From Carcharhinus amblyrhynchos (Eukaryota), in assembly GCA_965287045.1 (NCBI GenBank), contig OZ336886.1, positions 37,138,001 to 37,202,000 of the forward strand: a DNA stretch of 64,000 bases. The letters run 5' to 3'. Both the position numbers and the translations under genes were made by a program. Below are positions 27,218 through 38,481 of the stretch, piece after piece. The notes under the pieces are model-generated. The model saw nothing but the letters and a program-made list of their open reading frames with translations. It ran no database searches and had not been told where the DNA came from. How positions within the stretch are numbered: the stretch's first letter is position 1; each line of letters begins with the position of its first letter.

Positions 27218-29970
27218 GGGTGGGATTTTACGACTTTGTTGCACCCATTTTTGGGCACTGAAATGTCTAGTGGGAATGGTGCTCATTTTGATGCCGGTTC
27301 TCAATTTACCACAGGAAGAAAATTGGCGTAATCGGGAGCCTGCCCATACCGGGGGAGGCATTAATTTAAATGTTTTTGCATTCAACATAATGTCATTAAC
27401 AGAACTTCATGCGCTATTGTCCCAGCTCACCTGCCTTTACCACCTCGCTCACCGCAACTGAATCAGTCTGGAAAATACCTCTATATAAGTCAGAGTCTGG
27501 CGCTGAATTCGTGTGGACGAGCGAGGAGGTATTTAAACTGCTTCGTGCTGCTCAGGGGGACCATTTCCTGGCAGCCGTGTTGCTTTTCGGGTCAGGGGGC
27601 TGCAAGTGTGTGGGGGGTTCTTGTTGCTCACGAGGTCCAACCTCAGACTTTTGGCTCAGACTCAGGTCAGAGGGCAGACCTCGGATCATACGGACCACTT
27701 ATGGTCATAGTGTCCGCAGCTGGGAAGCACTGTGTGGGTGGGTATTTGCTGAAAACAGGTATAGTGATGCAGTCTCAGGGCTTCTAAAGCAGCACTGTCT
27801 GTGGGTTCTGGGTCTCTGCCTGCAAGTGGGGGGGAGGGTGGAGGGGCAGTGTTACCATTTTGGAACCTGTGGGGAATTATGGCCAGGCTATGTTGCTGGG
27901 AGGCTACGAGGTGATGTGTGTGTTGCTGGGCTGGGGGCAGGGTGGCAAGAAGCATTCTTTAACCTCTCCATCTGCCTCTTCTCTTCTCCCAGTTCTCTCA
28001 CCCCCTTTTCCCTCTAGTCCTACAATCTTCTGCAACATTCTAACACCGGAGTGGTGGGCCTGGGTACACTGTGTTAGTGAGCTTCTGTGGCAGGCAGGAG
28101 GGCGACACTGACTCACATTGCGATGATGCCCTGGTGCAAAGTAGTCAGTCTGACCTCTGACCCCTGCCTCTACTCCCTATGCAAGCATTTGGGTAGTGGG
28201 TAAGGGATCACTGAAGCCCCATGCAGGGTCATGGGGCATGAGTTGTGGGGGAGGGAATCTCTCGTGGGTTTTGGGGAAAGCCATGACAGATGGTGTAAGT
28301 AGCTGCCAAGCATACCACCCACCGTAGCCAGCGATTTCTTTGAGCGCTTTGATTTTCTGAGCGACAAAGCATCGGCGACTCCCCACCCCAGCATCAATAT
28401 GCAGATTCCCTTTGGGTAAGAACGTTCCTGTAGGAGACAAACCTGAGACAAATTAGTCATGTGGGTGGTGAAATGACATTTATTTATGATGATAAAAAGG
28501 TCTTAACAATAAGTAATAACATGAAAACATGTGAACATGAGATTTTAAAGTGCATGACTATTCACTCAACCTGCCCTTTACTCATACAGTCTTAGTGCGA
28601 CTACAACTTCCTAACTTTATGTAGCCTACTACTACATCTTGGTGTCTTCCTAGGATGTAGATCGCAGATGGAAGAGGCCTGTTGCTTAATGCGCCCCATA
28701 CTCTGTGATGCCCTCGGCGATCATCCACTGGAGAGCCTGGACCTTGAGGGCCCTGTCCTGCTTCCAGGTGTCTGGGACGTTTCCATGATACCCTCTTCAT
28801 GCAGCTGCCCCTGAGATGCCCCAGTGGCAGAGGGAGATGGGGGGGAGGGGTTGCTAGTCAGAAGGTGTAGCCACCGCCACACTCTTGGCTGGAAGGCTGT
28901 AGCCCTTCCTCCTCCTCACGGTTTCTGTGAGCACTTGGGGTCACTCCAAGGGATGCCAGTCCTTTTCCACGTCACCTGGCCGTGCTGGTCCTGGAGGATT
29001 CTGGGCATGGTGGTTGAGCCCTCAGTAATTGTCACCTGAGTTGGTGGCCACCTGTGACTGGCCGCAGCGTGCCCTTTGAGGCTGGCACACACTCTGCAGC
29101 CCCTCAACGATGACCCTCTGTGACTGGATCACATTCTCAAGGGCTGCTGCTGTCGCCAGCTGCAACTCAGTGTTGTCTTGCTGGGCCTCTGGCAAGCTCT
29201 CAAGCCTCTCAGCCATGGGATACAGAATCTTGAGAAACCTGTTGACGCCCTCAGCTGTGGCCTGCTGTCTCGGTCATCACTTGGACCCTGCCACTCATGA
29301 TGAGGATTCCCTGTCCCAGGCCTTCCACCGGGGACACCACCCATGCAGTGTTGGCCTGGGAACCATGCAAGGCAGGCAATAGCTAGTCTGCCTGAAAGCT
29401 TTGGGACTCCCCCAAACAGCCTCACAGTTGGCCTAGTGTGTCCGTCGGCCTCTCCTACGTTCCCTGGCTCTGTTGCTGCATGTCCAGCAGCTGAAAGGGG
29501 AATGATCACAGAGGCCCAGCATGTAGCCTGGGGCCAGCTGAGTCCTCATCTCTGGCAGGCCCCCATGTGCCAGAGAATTCGGACATTCCTCCTTCACCCA
29601 ATGTATATCAGCAGATGTGTGGTGCGCACCAGTGACCCAGATGCCTCACATCTAACGATCCACCAATGTGAGGAAGCTCTGGGATGGTAATTTACAAGGT
29701 GGAAGCTGACGCCAAACTGGTTACACTCTGAGGTCCCTTTATCCATTTCCTCCAAGGAGTCTTCCGGGTTGTCGGGGGCAGGATGGGCGATAGCAGCAGT
29801 GGGGGCCATGATGCCAGATGGCTCAGGCTCATACGGGTCCCTACTGGCAACATGGAACACCAGGTTAGGTGCAAGGGAGGGAATAGCCCAAAAATTTGGA
29901 GATGGAGTGCTTAAGATTGGGCCTGAAAGCGTGCCCAAAAAATGGATCTGGAACTCTTCCAGTTTCATGC
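27218..29970 (-). mobile_element. Internally deleted Harbinger element carrying a relic of the Myb/SANT-type accessory gene C-terminus
   Basis: GC-rich block starting gggtgggattttac. Subterminal inverted repeat ccatttttgggcac (27245) / gtgcccaaaaaatgg (29931). Minus-strand acidic/Pro-Ser and coiled-coil-like frames (PDNPEDSLEE; LQLATAAALENVIQSQRVIVEGLQ). Confidence 0.6.
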
Positions 29971-31350
29971 CTGCCTGACACTCAACTAAGGGTGGGATTT
30001 TGAGTTTTTTTTCAGTTATGCATCTGAAGGAGGCTGTAACCATTGGTGTGACCCCTAAATCAGAGTGATGAGCACAGTAGAGTTTGGGGAGTGCTGGAGA
30101 AAACACTTGTCTTCTCCCTGAAGCTTTCCTCACCCCTCCTCAGCAGCTGTATTTCCTATGATTGGGGAAATGTGCAAAGCAGCTTAAATCAGACACTGCT
30201 TGCCTCATTAAAATATTTAATTGACCAACCACTTCCTGAGAGTGGGATGGCTGCCTGCCCTTGTCCCACCTTTTGTTAAACCCGGAGATGGGCATGTTGG
30301 TGGTGAGTGAGGTTGGAAATTTTTTAAATTGTGTCATCTCATCCAACCATAATCTGCATGATTGTAACAGGACTCAGCCTGTTGTTCCTTTCAGACATCA
30401 TTAACCAGAATCTCCTTCAAATGATTGGTTTATAAAGGTAGAATGCAGTAATTCATACAGAACAGCATTTTTCTGATCTGTACAAGGTTGATTGGTCTCG
30501 GCAAGAGTGGTGTTGATGCAGAAACATTATCGTATGTAATGAATTGGAAGAAAAAATATTGTGGGAGTTCTGGGATTTTGAGCAAGAGAAACATGACTTA
30601 TCTGAAGTATGTTTGTGAATAGCATATTCTTATCAATTGTACTGATGAGTGGAATGTGCTGTGGAGGGGAAATGGCGAAAAATGCTTGTTCCAAATCGCT
30701 ACTGAGTGACTCTTATAAGAAAATACACATATGGATGTTGGGTAAGGAAACCATTAAATTGAGCAATGATACTCTCGATGGTCCAACACACTACAAACAC
30801 TATCCTGGCATAAATAAAGCATCCCATAAATAAGGCTTAATTGGATGAGTGTACAGGAGAATGAGCAACATTCATATGGTATATTTCACCAGGATTAAAT
30901 CTTCAGGAGTAGAAGGGGGAACGAAATGAAAACAATGCCATATATACAAGTCAAAGAATTAGCAATTTGGGAATGCAGCCCTGTGTCTGTATTTATATGT
31001 TGTGTGATTATAGTTTTTTTTTCAGTTCGAATTCACATATATTTTCTGAGCATATGATTGTTCATAAAGTGTCTATTTTCCTACTAATTTCTCATGATGC
31101 CAATTGCGTCTGCTGTCTTTGTCTAAGGCTTATGTGATGAGAAATTAAACTCAGCTAAAAATTCAGTCACTAATCATAAATGAACTACCTTTTTTCACTG
31201 TATTTCCAGTATGTTTAACTGAGGAGGATCTCCAATAGCATCCATCTGACATAGATGGCAAGAAGACAGCCAAAGAAAAGGGAGGGGGGGGTGGGGAAGG
31301 TAATGATCATGGATCTGGATAAGGTAACCACTGAACAAGAAATTTTTAAG

Positions 31351-31645
31351 AATCTGTACTGCGAAGAAGAAGCCATTCAGCCCATTGGGTTTGCACTGAT
31401 ACCCCAACAACAATCCCAGTCAAGTCCTATTCTCATAACATCTTGTATTTATCCAGCTAATTTCCCTAACCTACAAATCTTGGGGCAATTAGTATGGCCA
31501 GTCCACCTAACCTGTGCACCTTTAGACTGTGGGAGGAAACCCATGCAGATGTGGGAAGAATCTGCAAACTCCACACAGACTTGAGGCCCAATTGAACCCG
31601 GATTCTTGTAAGGCATCAGTACTAACCACTGTGCCACCATGTTGC
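31351..31645 (-). mobile_element. HE1-type V-SINE (diverged)
   Basis: ggggcaattagtatggccagtccacctaacctg...ctgtgggaggaaaccc...taaccactgtgccacc. Confidence 0.85.
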
Positions 31646-32650
31646 CCAAGCACCTTGTTGTATGTTGTATTGATGGTGGGAAGCAGTGGTTACAATAAGT
31701 AAGTATCAGAATTAATTTATTTAAACTATAGAGGGCAATACAGCAATGCATCCAGCAATTTTACCACTCCAAATGCATTATGTTGAGAAGTGAGGCAGTA
31801 TTAAGTTTGGCCTTGCCTGAACATATTATTTCAGGGGGAGAAATGATGATAAAAATTGATGAGGAAAGTAAATCCACTGAATAAAACAGCTCAACCTAAA
31901 TGGAGATAATTGGCAGGTTTTCTGTAAGGCCAGATGTTGGTGTTTAGCACCAGAGAAAATTTATGTCAGCATTGAAGCTATTTTCTGTTCCAACATAAGT
32001 GGATGTGTTTATAAATCATTTAATTTTGAAGTGACATTATTCAGACAGTATTAACATTTAAAATGACTGCAGTCCTACTGGTTCGTTGGCCAAAGTAAAC
32101 ATTTGGCCCAGCAGTGAAATATTGGCAATTTAGGTTTTTTAAAAAAATCAAGCGATAATGAATTTCACCTTCACCTTGTTTACTAAAATTTCATATGGCT
32201 GGAATCCTGGCAGTGTGAAAACGTAACTCCTAATGATAGACAGTGAAACAAAACTGTCCACAAAACTGTCCATTGAGTAGTTCAAGGATTAGATGAAACA
32301 TAGTAGTGTTTATCACTGTCCTTCCTCCTGAAATAGTATATTTGAGATAAGGCCTAAATCGGCATTGACTCATCTTTCTTTCAACATAACGCCTTTGGAG
32401 TGATAGAACTGAAAAGCTCAACAGCATTATTGTACTGCCTCCTGTAAGTCTACAGACTGACAACTCGTTGAGAAAAATATAATTCTCCCATCTCAATCAT
32501 AAATGGGAGAATCTTAATTTTCAATTTGGGTCCTTGGTTCTAGACTGCCCACAAGAAGAAACATCCCCTCAGCACCTACCCTGTCACGTTCCATCAGGAT
32601 CTTGCATATTTCAATAAGATCACCTCTCATTCTTCTGAAGTCCAATGGGG

Positions 32651-33590
32651 ATTTGATTTAAATTATTTTTATCACATTATTAGTATACAGTAAAAAAAAT
32701 TGTTCCTTGCGTACTATACAGACCAAGCATACCATTCATAGAGAAGGAAAGGAGAGGGTGCTGGGGTTTAAAGAAAGATCAACTTAGTAGGAGGTAGGTC
32801 CATTCAAAGGTCTGATGGCAGCAAAGAAAAAGGTTGTTCTTGAGTCGGTTGGTATGCGCCCTCAGACTTTTGTATCTTTTTCCCGATGGAAGAAAGTGGA
32901 GGATGGTGTGTCCAGGGTGCATGGGGTCCTTAATTATGCTGGCTGCTTTTCTGAAGCAGCAGAAGTGTAGATGGAGTCAGTGGATGGGAGGCTGGTTTGT
33001 CGATGGACTGGGCTTCGTTCACAACCCTTTGCAATTTCTTGTGGTCTTGGATAGAGCAGGAGCCATACCAAGCTGTGATCCAATCAGAAATAATGCTTTC
33101 TATGATGCATCTTTAGAAGTTGGTGAGAGTCGTAGCAGTCATGCCAAATTCCCTTAGCCTCCTGAGAGAGTAGAGGTGTTGGTGGGCTTTCTTAACTATA
33201 GTATTGGCATGGAGGGAGGACAGGTTGTAAGTTATCTGGACACCTAGAAATCTGAAGCTCTCGACCATTTCCACTTCATCCCCAGTGATGTAGACAGGGG
33301 CATGTTCTCCACTATGCTTCCTGAAGTCGATGACTATCACCTTCATTTTGCTGACATTGAAGGAGAGATTATTGTTGTACCATCAGCCCACCAGATTTTC
33401 CATCTCTTCTGTACTCCGTCTCATCGTTGTTTGAGATACAGCATCGGCAAATTTGAAAATCAAGTTGGAAGGGAATTTGGCCACGTAGTCAAAGGTGTAA
33501 AAGGAGTATAGTAAGGGGCTGAGGACACAGTGTTGTTGGGCACTGGTGTTGAGGATCTATTGTTGCCTATCCTTGCTGATTGTGGTCTGT
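32651..33590 (-). mobile_element. Rex1/Babar-type LINE 3' fragment (related 3' fragment at 48075-48270)
   Basis: VIVIDFRKHSGEHAPVYITGDEVEMVESFRFLGVQIT..IVKKAHQHLYSLRRLREFGM (DUF1891-type C-terminus), with an (atttg)n tail. Confidence 0.85.
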
Positions 33591-33708
33591 GGATGGCCCA
33601 AATACTCAACCTTTCCTCGTGAAATAATTTCTTCATCCCAGGAATCAGTTATTGAACCTTCTGTGCATTGCTTCTAATGCAGTTATGCACTTTTTTTAAG
33701 TAAGGAGA

Positions 33709-33833
33709 ACATAAGAAATAGGAGCAGGAGTAGGCCATCTAGCCCTTCGAGCCTGCCCCGCCATTCAATAAGATCATGGCTGATCTGAAGTGGCTCAGTT
33801 CCACTTTCCCGCTTTCTCCCCATAACCCTTAAT
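33709..33833 (-). mobile_element. Very short young CR1 3'UTR insertion
   Basis: Near-identical to the 3458 and 39440 tails. Flanked by ggaga on both sides (probable TSD). Confidence 0.85.
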
Positions 33834-34629
33834 GGAGACCAAAACTGTACACATCATCCCAGAGCTGGTCTCACCAAACCTCTGTTCAGTTGACCGCTGA
33901 CTTACACCAGGTTCACCAGAAAATTTCTACACATGTAGCATCTCTTTGAATTTGCCACCCTCTGTTGGTGATTGACAGCATCTGTGAACAGAGCAAACAG
34001 TCAGGAAACTGTTCCACAAATCAGACTGAAGAATCCATACACCTGGCAAAGCTAAAAGTCAAAAACAGAAACCATAAATTACATTGTTCAGGAGATGAAA
34101 TAAGTGTTCACTGGTACCACACTAAGGACTGATAAAACTTGAAATAAACATTGGGTAACTAAAGTACAACCCATATTTTCAAACTTTAAAATAAAGTGTC
34201 AATTTTTGTTTTGGAGAATGACCGGAACTATTTTTGTAAAATTAGGTTTTCAGGGTCGTAGGAATTATTCAGTAACTATAACTTATTATACTGTTAACTC
34301 AGTTACTTCTTTTATCAAACTTTAGTGTGGTATCTGTGAGTACTTACTTACATTCAGTAGCAAAGGATATAAGGCATAGAAATTGGCCATTCCTCCCAAA
34401 ACATTTATGCCAGTATTTCAAGTTTCATCTCATCTTTCCTCACCCAAGTCTCATATCATAACCGCCTGGCTGGAATTTTCCAGCCGTTCAGGCTGCCGGT
34501 ATTCTCTGGTCCTGTCGACAGTGCACCCCCACCATATGTTTCCCAGCATTGTGGGGTAGCTTCAGTGGGAATTCTCATTGACAGTGCAGGACCAGAGGAT
34601 CCTGCCGCTGGTTTGCTTACCCCAAGTAG

Positions 34630-35030
34630 ACTTGCATTTTGTGAGAAATACGTAACCTCACTAGTCTTCCTATCAAATTGTACTGCCTCTCATTTAACTG
34701 GATTGAGCTTCATTTGTCAATTATTTGCCCATTCTACACGTTTATTCATAGTCTTCCTGTAACGTGCTGCAGGCTTCCTCAGTATTGACGGTCTCCCCGC
34801 TCCCACCTGCATTTTTATGCCATCTGTAAATTCAGAGATTGTGCTTTTGATTCCAAAGTTTAAATCATTAATCTAAATTGTGAATGGCTTCAGTCCCAGC
34901 ACCGATCCTTATGGAACACTACTTCACACCTTCTGCCAGTCTGAATAACTACCCCTTATTCCCACTGTGCTTTTTGTTTTGCAGCCAGCTAGCAATCCAG
35001 TCTGCCACCTATCCTCTTATTCCATATTTT
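34630..35030 (-). mobile_element. Old CR1-type RT fragment
   Basis: cagtcccagcaccgatccttatggaacactact is the antisense of an SxVPxGSVLG-like motif. Confidence 0.6.
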
Positions 35031-35199
35031 CTCACTTGATTGTCTAATTTCACACCTTACCTGTAATTTCTGTCAATTGGCAAGAACTGTTGGGGAGCAG
35101 GGTATCACTGATAACTTTTGGTTTTCTGGTGTTTACCTGTGTGAGTGCTGGATGTTGCTGGCAGTTTAATCCAGTAAAAATGGTGAGTGTTTAAAATCT

Positions 35200-35720
35200 T
35201 GCCATTTTTAGTAGACCGAAATGCTGTCCAACAGCTTTTCCAGATGATAGCCTTTATGAATGTAATCTTAATATCTGCTGATGTTCAGCCAGAATTTCCC
35301 TCCATTGCACAAAGTACAGTCAGGCTATTCTGTCGATGCCCATTTTAACAGACCCCATCTTTCTCCCTGCCTCTTTAAACTCTGGTTGAATTTGGATACT
35401 GTGTTAACATAATTTCAGACTGATTCCACCATTCAGAACCATTCTAATTTATCAAAATCAGTCAACCTGAATCCAACCGATAGATTGCAGATGAAACTCT
35501 TTCTTGATGTTGCTGTTTTTAAACTCTAAATTTCTTATGAACCATTTGGCCCCATGCCCTGTTGCATGCATCCATTAGTGCCTAAAATCCCTCAACGTTC
35601 ATTGTAAAAATGGTCATTAAGCAATCCAGGAATTCTCCTGGACTCCAAATAATGGCCATCCAAGCAAATTGACCCTTTTATTTGATACGTTGTTGAAGCC
35701 ACGCATGTTCCTTCAATTAT
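35200..35720 (-). mobile_element. Harbinger (HARBI1-like) transposase relic
   Basis: Ordered remnants GFNNV, FTMNVEG, AKW..FKNSNI, GWIQVD, KFNQSL..ERWGLLK and NGGK match GFPNV, HSINVQ, AKWPGS..FxNS, GWLLGD, YNxxH..ERxFGLLK and GGxL. Confidence 0.5.
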
Positions 35721-36039
35721 GACTTGCTGCTGGAATGCTTACAGATTTTTGATTTGATTTATTATTATAAAAGTATGAAAATAAATAAAGTGTAACTTTA
35801 CAGGGCCAATACTTTGCACTAGCTATATGACGTTATTACATCACATTTATATGAGAATTGGATCCTTTTGCAACATTCTCCTGCATTCATCCCGCACAGC
35901 AATATACACTGCTCTCACAACATGTAACTAACACATAATTGAATCTGTCCTCATCTTTCTGTGATATCAGTCAGGGAATTACATTTATGGAGCTCTGCTG
36001 GTTCAACTATTTAAAGTAAACACATTTAGCTTTTAAATA

Positions 36040-36300
36040 GAAAATGAAAGTGCTGGAAATATTCAAGGTCTGGCAGCTTTTCTGTGGAAAGAGATAGAGT
36101 TAATGTTTCGAATCAAATATGATTTTCCAGGACTGAAGGAATGTAGAAATATGGTGGATTTTATGCTGTTGAAAGGGAGGGAGGGAGAGGAACAAAAATA
36201 GGTTTGGGATAGAGAGGAGGGTAGGAAAAAGAAAATGACAAATATGTTATGGAATAAAAGGCAAAGGGAGTTGTAATGAGTATGGTTTCTTCAGCATCTG
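36040..36300 (-). mobile_element. Penelope-like element 3'/pLTR fragment
   Basis: tgctggaaatattcaaggtctggcagc..tgtggaaagagatagagttaatgtttcg, antisense of the 55000-type pLTR. Confidence 0.65.
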
Positions 36301-38328
36301 CTTGGTATAGCTTTTCCCCTAATATATTTGATTAAAAAAGCCATATCACCTACCTCAACAAGTGCAAGAGTTTCAGCAGTACTCTTCATTATTTTCCTTA
36401 TTTTCTGGCTTCTCAAACTTGATGGGCTGAATGATCTTCTTCTGCACTGTGGGGAATCATTTTCCACTTTCCCTCATTGTAAAAACATTGCCTAAGAGCC
36501 CACAACAGAAATTTGCATGAGAAGCATCACTAAAAATAATCAATTTTACATTCCTGGAGTCACCCAAAGATGGTAACTTCAGAACACATTTCTCCCTGCT
36601 TTTTAATGTTGTGTTTGCCCTTAAAATATTCTTGACCTTTGAATGTTTCCCTGGATCTTTTCACTCCTTACGCCTCTCTCTTATAATAAACCAGATCACC
36701 AGAAATAAAGCCCACCTCAGACTGTCTCATGTGATGTTGCAACGCTCTCCAAATTTTTTCTGAAACATAAGCCTTGATATAAACTTTCCTGCCTGCATGT
36801 GATACATTCAAGTGGGTAGAGAAAGTAGAATTAATCTAGGGTAGTGGAGCATCAGACACTCCTGAAGGCAACTTCAAATTCCTTTCATTTAATAGATGGT
36901 ATGGACTATACCCTCCCAACCATTTGCAAAAATATTTTAGCATGTGCGACCCATGCCAGTGCTATTTGAAAGTTGGTTGTTGGCCAGTATCTTAACCAAC
37001 ATCTTATCAATGATTGCATGATTCCTCTCACATTAGCTATTGCTGACTGGGTTCTCAGTCACAATGTTCATGACTGCAATACTCAAATCTTTCACATGCC
37101 CTGAAATTCGTCATTTCTGATCCTTCTGAATTATCCATCAAAACTTTTGTTGCCGTTCTTAGTCCAGTATCATCCTGTTTTTCCTTTTGTCTACAATGGT
37201 CTTTTTGTTCCTGCCGTTTATCACCATAGTCAGACAGCATCTAGTTGCTATATCCACAAGTGCAACAAAAAATCCTCCATTCTTATCCCAAATCTTCAAC
37301 ACTGTTTCCACTTGCTCAGGCGAGTGGAAGATTTACAAGAGGCCTTGTTGCCAGCCTTCAATATTTAACACAATAACACATTGAGTAAGTAATTTGTTCA
37401 ATATGAGTGTCACATTTCCTATTGACTACATCAGCATCCCACAGAAGAGCTTTTAATTTTTGTGACAAAGTATGTGCAAAATGTCCGTGTAATTTACAAA
37501 TAAATCTTTTCCTGTCAACTGGACTCTTATCCCTGAAGCCAACCATACTGCCTCGGCTTCCCAGCGAGAAACATTTGTTTTCCTCAGTGGAATGCAGCAA
37601 TATCCTGATCAAATTAAGTGTTAATCTACAGCTTTCCCAAATTTAGGCGCTTTGCCATTTTCCATATCCAGTTTCATCTCTCATTCTTTATTGAGGACTT
37701 GCTCAATAATAAGGATGCCTCACTTGAGACCACATCAGAACTAATGAAGAGACCTATTCCAACTATTTTGCATGGGATGACCACTGTTTTTAAAGACTTC
37801 CTAAATCTAAAGCAGATGGAGTTTTCATACTGTTTAACCTTAGGCCAGTTTTCATTGTCAAGAGATTCCAAGTAGCACTGAGCCAATCCGCTGCACACAC
37901 GGCAGAAGTGCAACATACACAGTTGAACAAATAAGTGACAAAAATGGTCATCACCAGACTTGTGCTTCCATTAACCAAAACGATTCCTTCAGGTCAGTCA
38001 TTCTCATTGTTTGCCCCATCAGAATTGTCCATATCATGTGTTATCTTCAAGACTCTATTTTTGAACTTTGGGCAATTTGCTGCTTAATGATATTTAGAAT
38101 CAGCAGACGCAGCACGGTTTCGTTAAAGGGAAGTCGTGTCTGACAAATTTACTGGAGTTCTATGAGGATGTGTCTAGGGCAGTGGATAGAGGAGAGCCGG
38201 TGGATGTGGTCTTTCTTGATTTTCAGAAGGCGTTTGACAAGGTACCTCACAAGAGGTTATTGCAGAAGGTCAGGAGACATGGAGTTGGGGGTAGGGTGTT
38301 AGCGTGGATAGAGGACTGGTTGTCTAAT

Positions 38329-38481
38329 CAGTAATCTCGAAACTGTCTGTGCTTTATATGCTCTGTCTGAGGCCAGAACTCTCCATTCACCTGACGAAGG
38401 GGCTAACCCCGAAAGCTTGTGAGTATATTATCAAATAAATAGGTTGGACTAAAACCTGGTGTTGTCAGACTTTTTACTGTG
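38329..38481 (+). mobile_element. Penelope-like element pLTR fragment inserted in the CR1 RT
   Basis: Interrupts WLSN-RRQRV, flanked by tgtctaat / tgtcaaat. Shares caaataaa..gttggact..aacctggtgttgt.agact..ttactgtg with 24280-24339. Confidence 0.85.
38385..38424 (+). ncRNA. Minimal type I hammerhead ribozyme motif (Penelope-associated)
   Basis: AUUCAC-CUGACGA-A-GGGG cuaa CCCC-GAA-AGCU-U-GUGAGU. Core boxes intact, 4-bp stem II, 6-bp stem I, palindromic AGCU in place of stem III. Confidence 0.75.

Larger units (their letters stand above)
32490..33900 (-). mobile_element. Old CR1 fragment interrupted by a Rex1/Babar LINE and a young CR1 tail
   Basis: agatcacctctcattcttctgaagtccaatg (32620) resumes at ggcccaaatactcaacctttcctc (33595) and ggagaccaaaactgtacac (33835). 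Confidence 0.7.

Noticed and set aside
27409-28017. 202-aa ORF
   Set aside because: GC-rich transposon interior with no recognisable domain.
30643-30685. ctgatgag...cgaaa hammerhead-like boxes
   Set aside because: No stem II or stem I pairing around the boxes.
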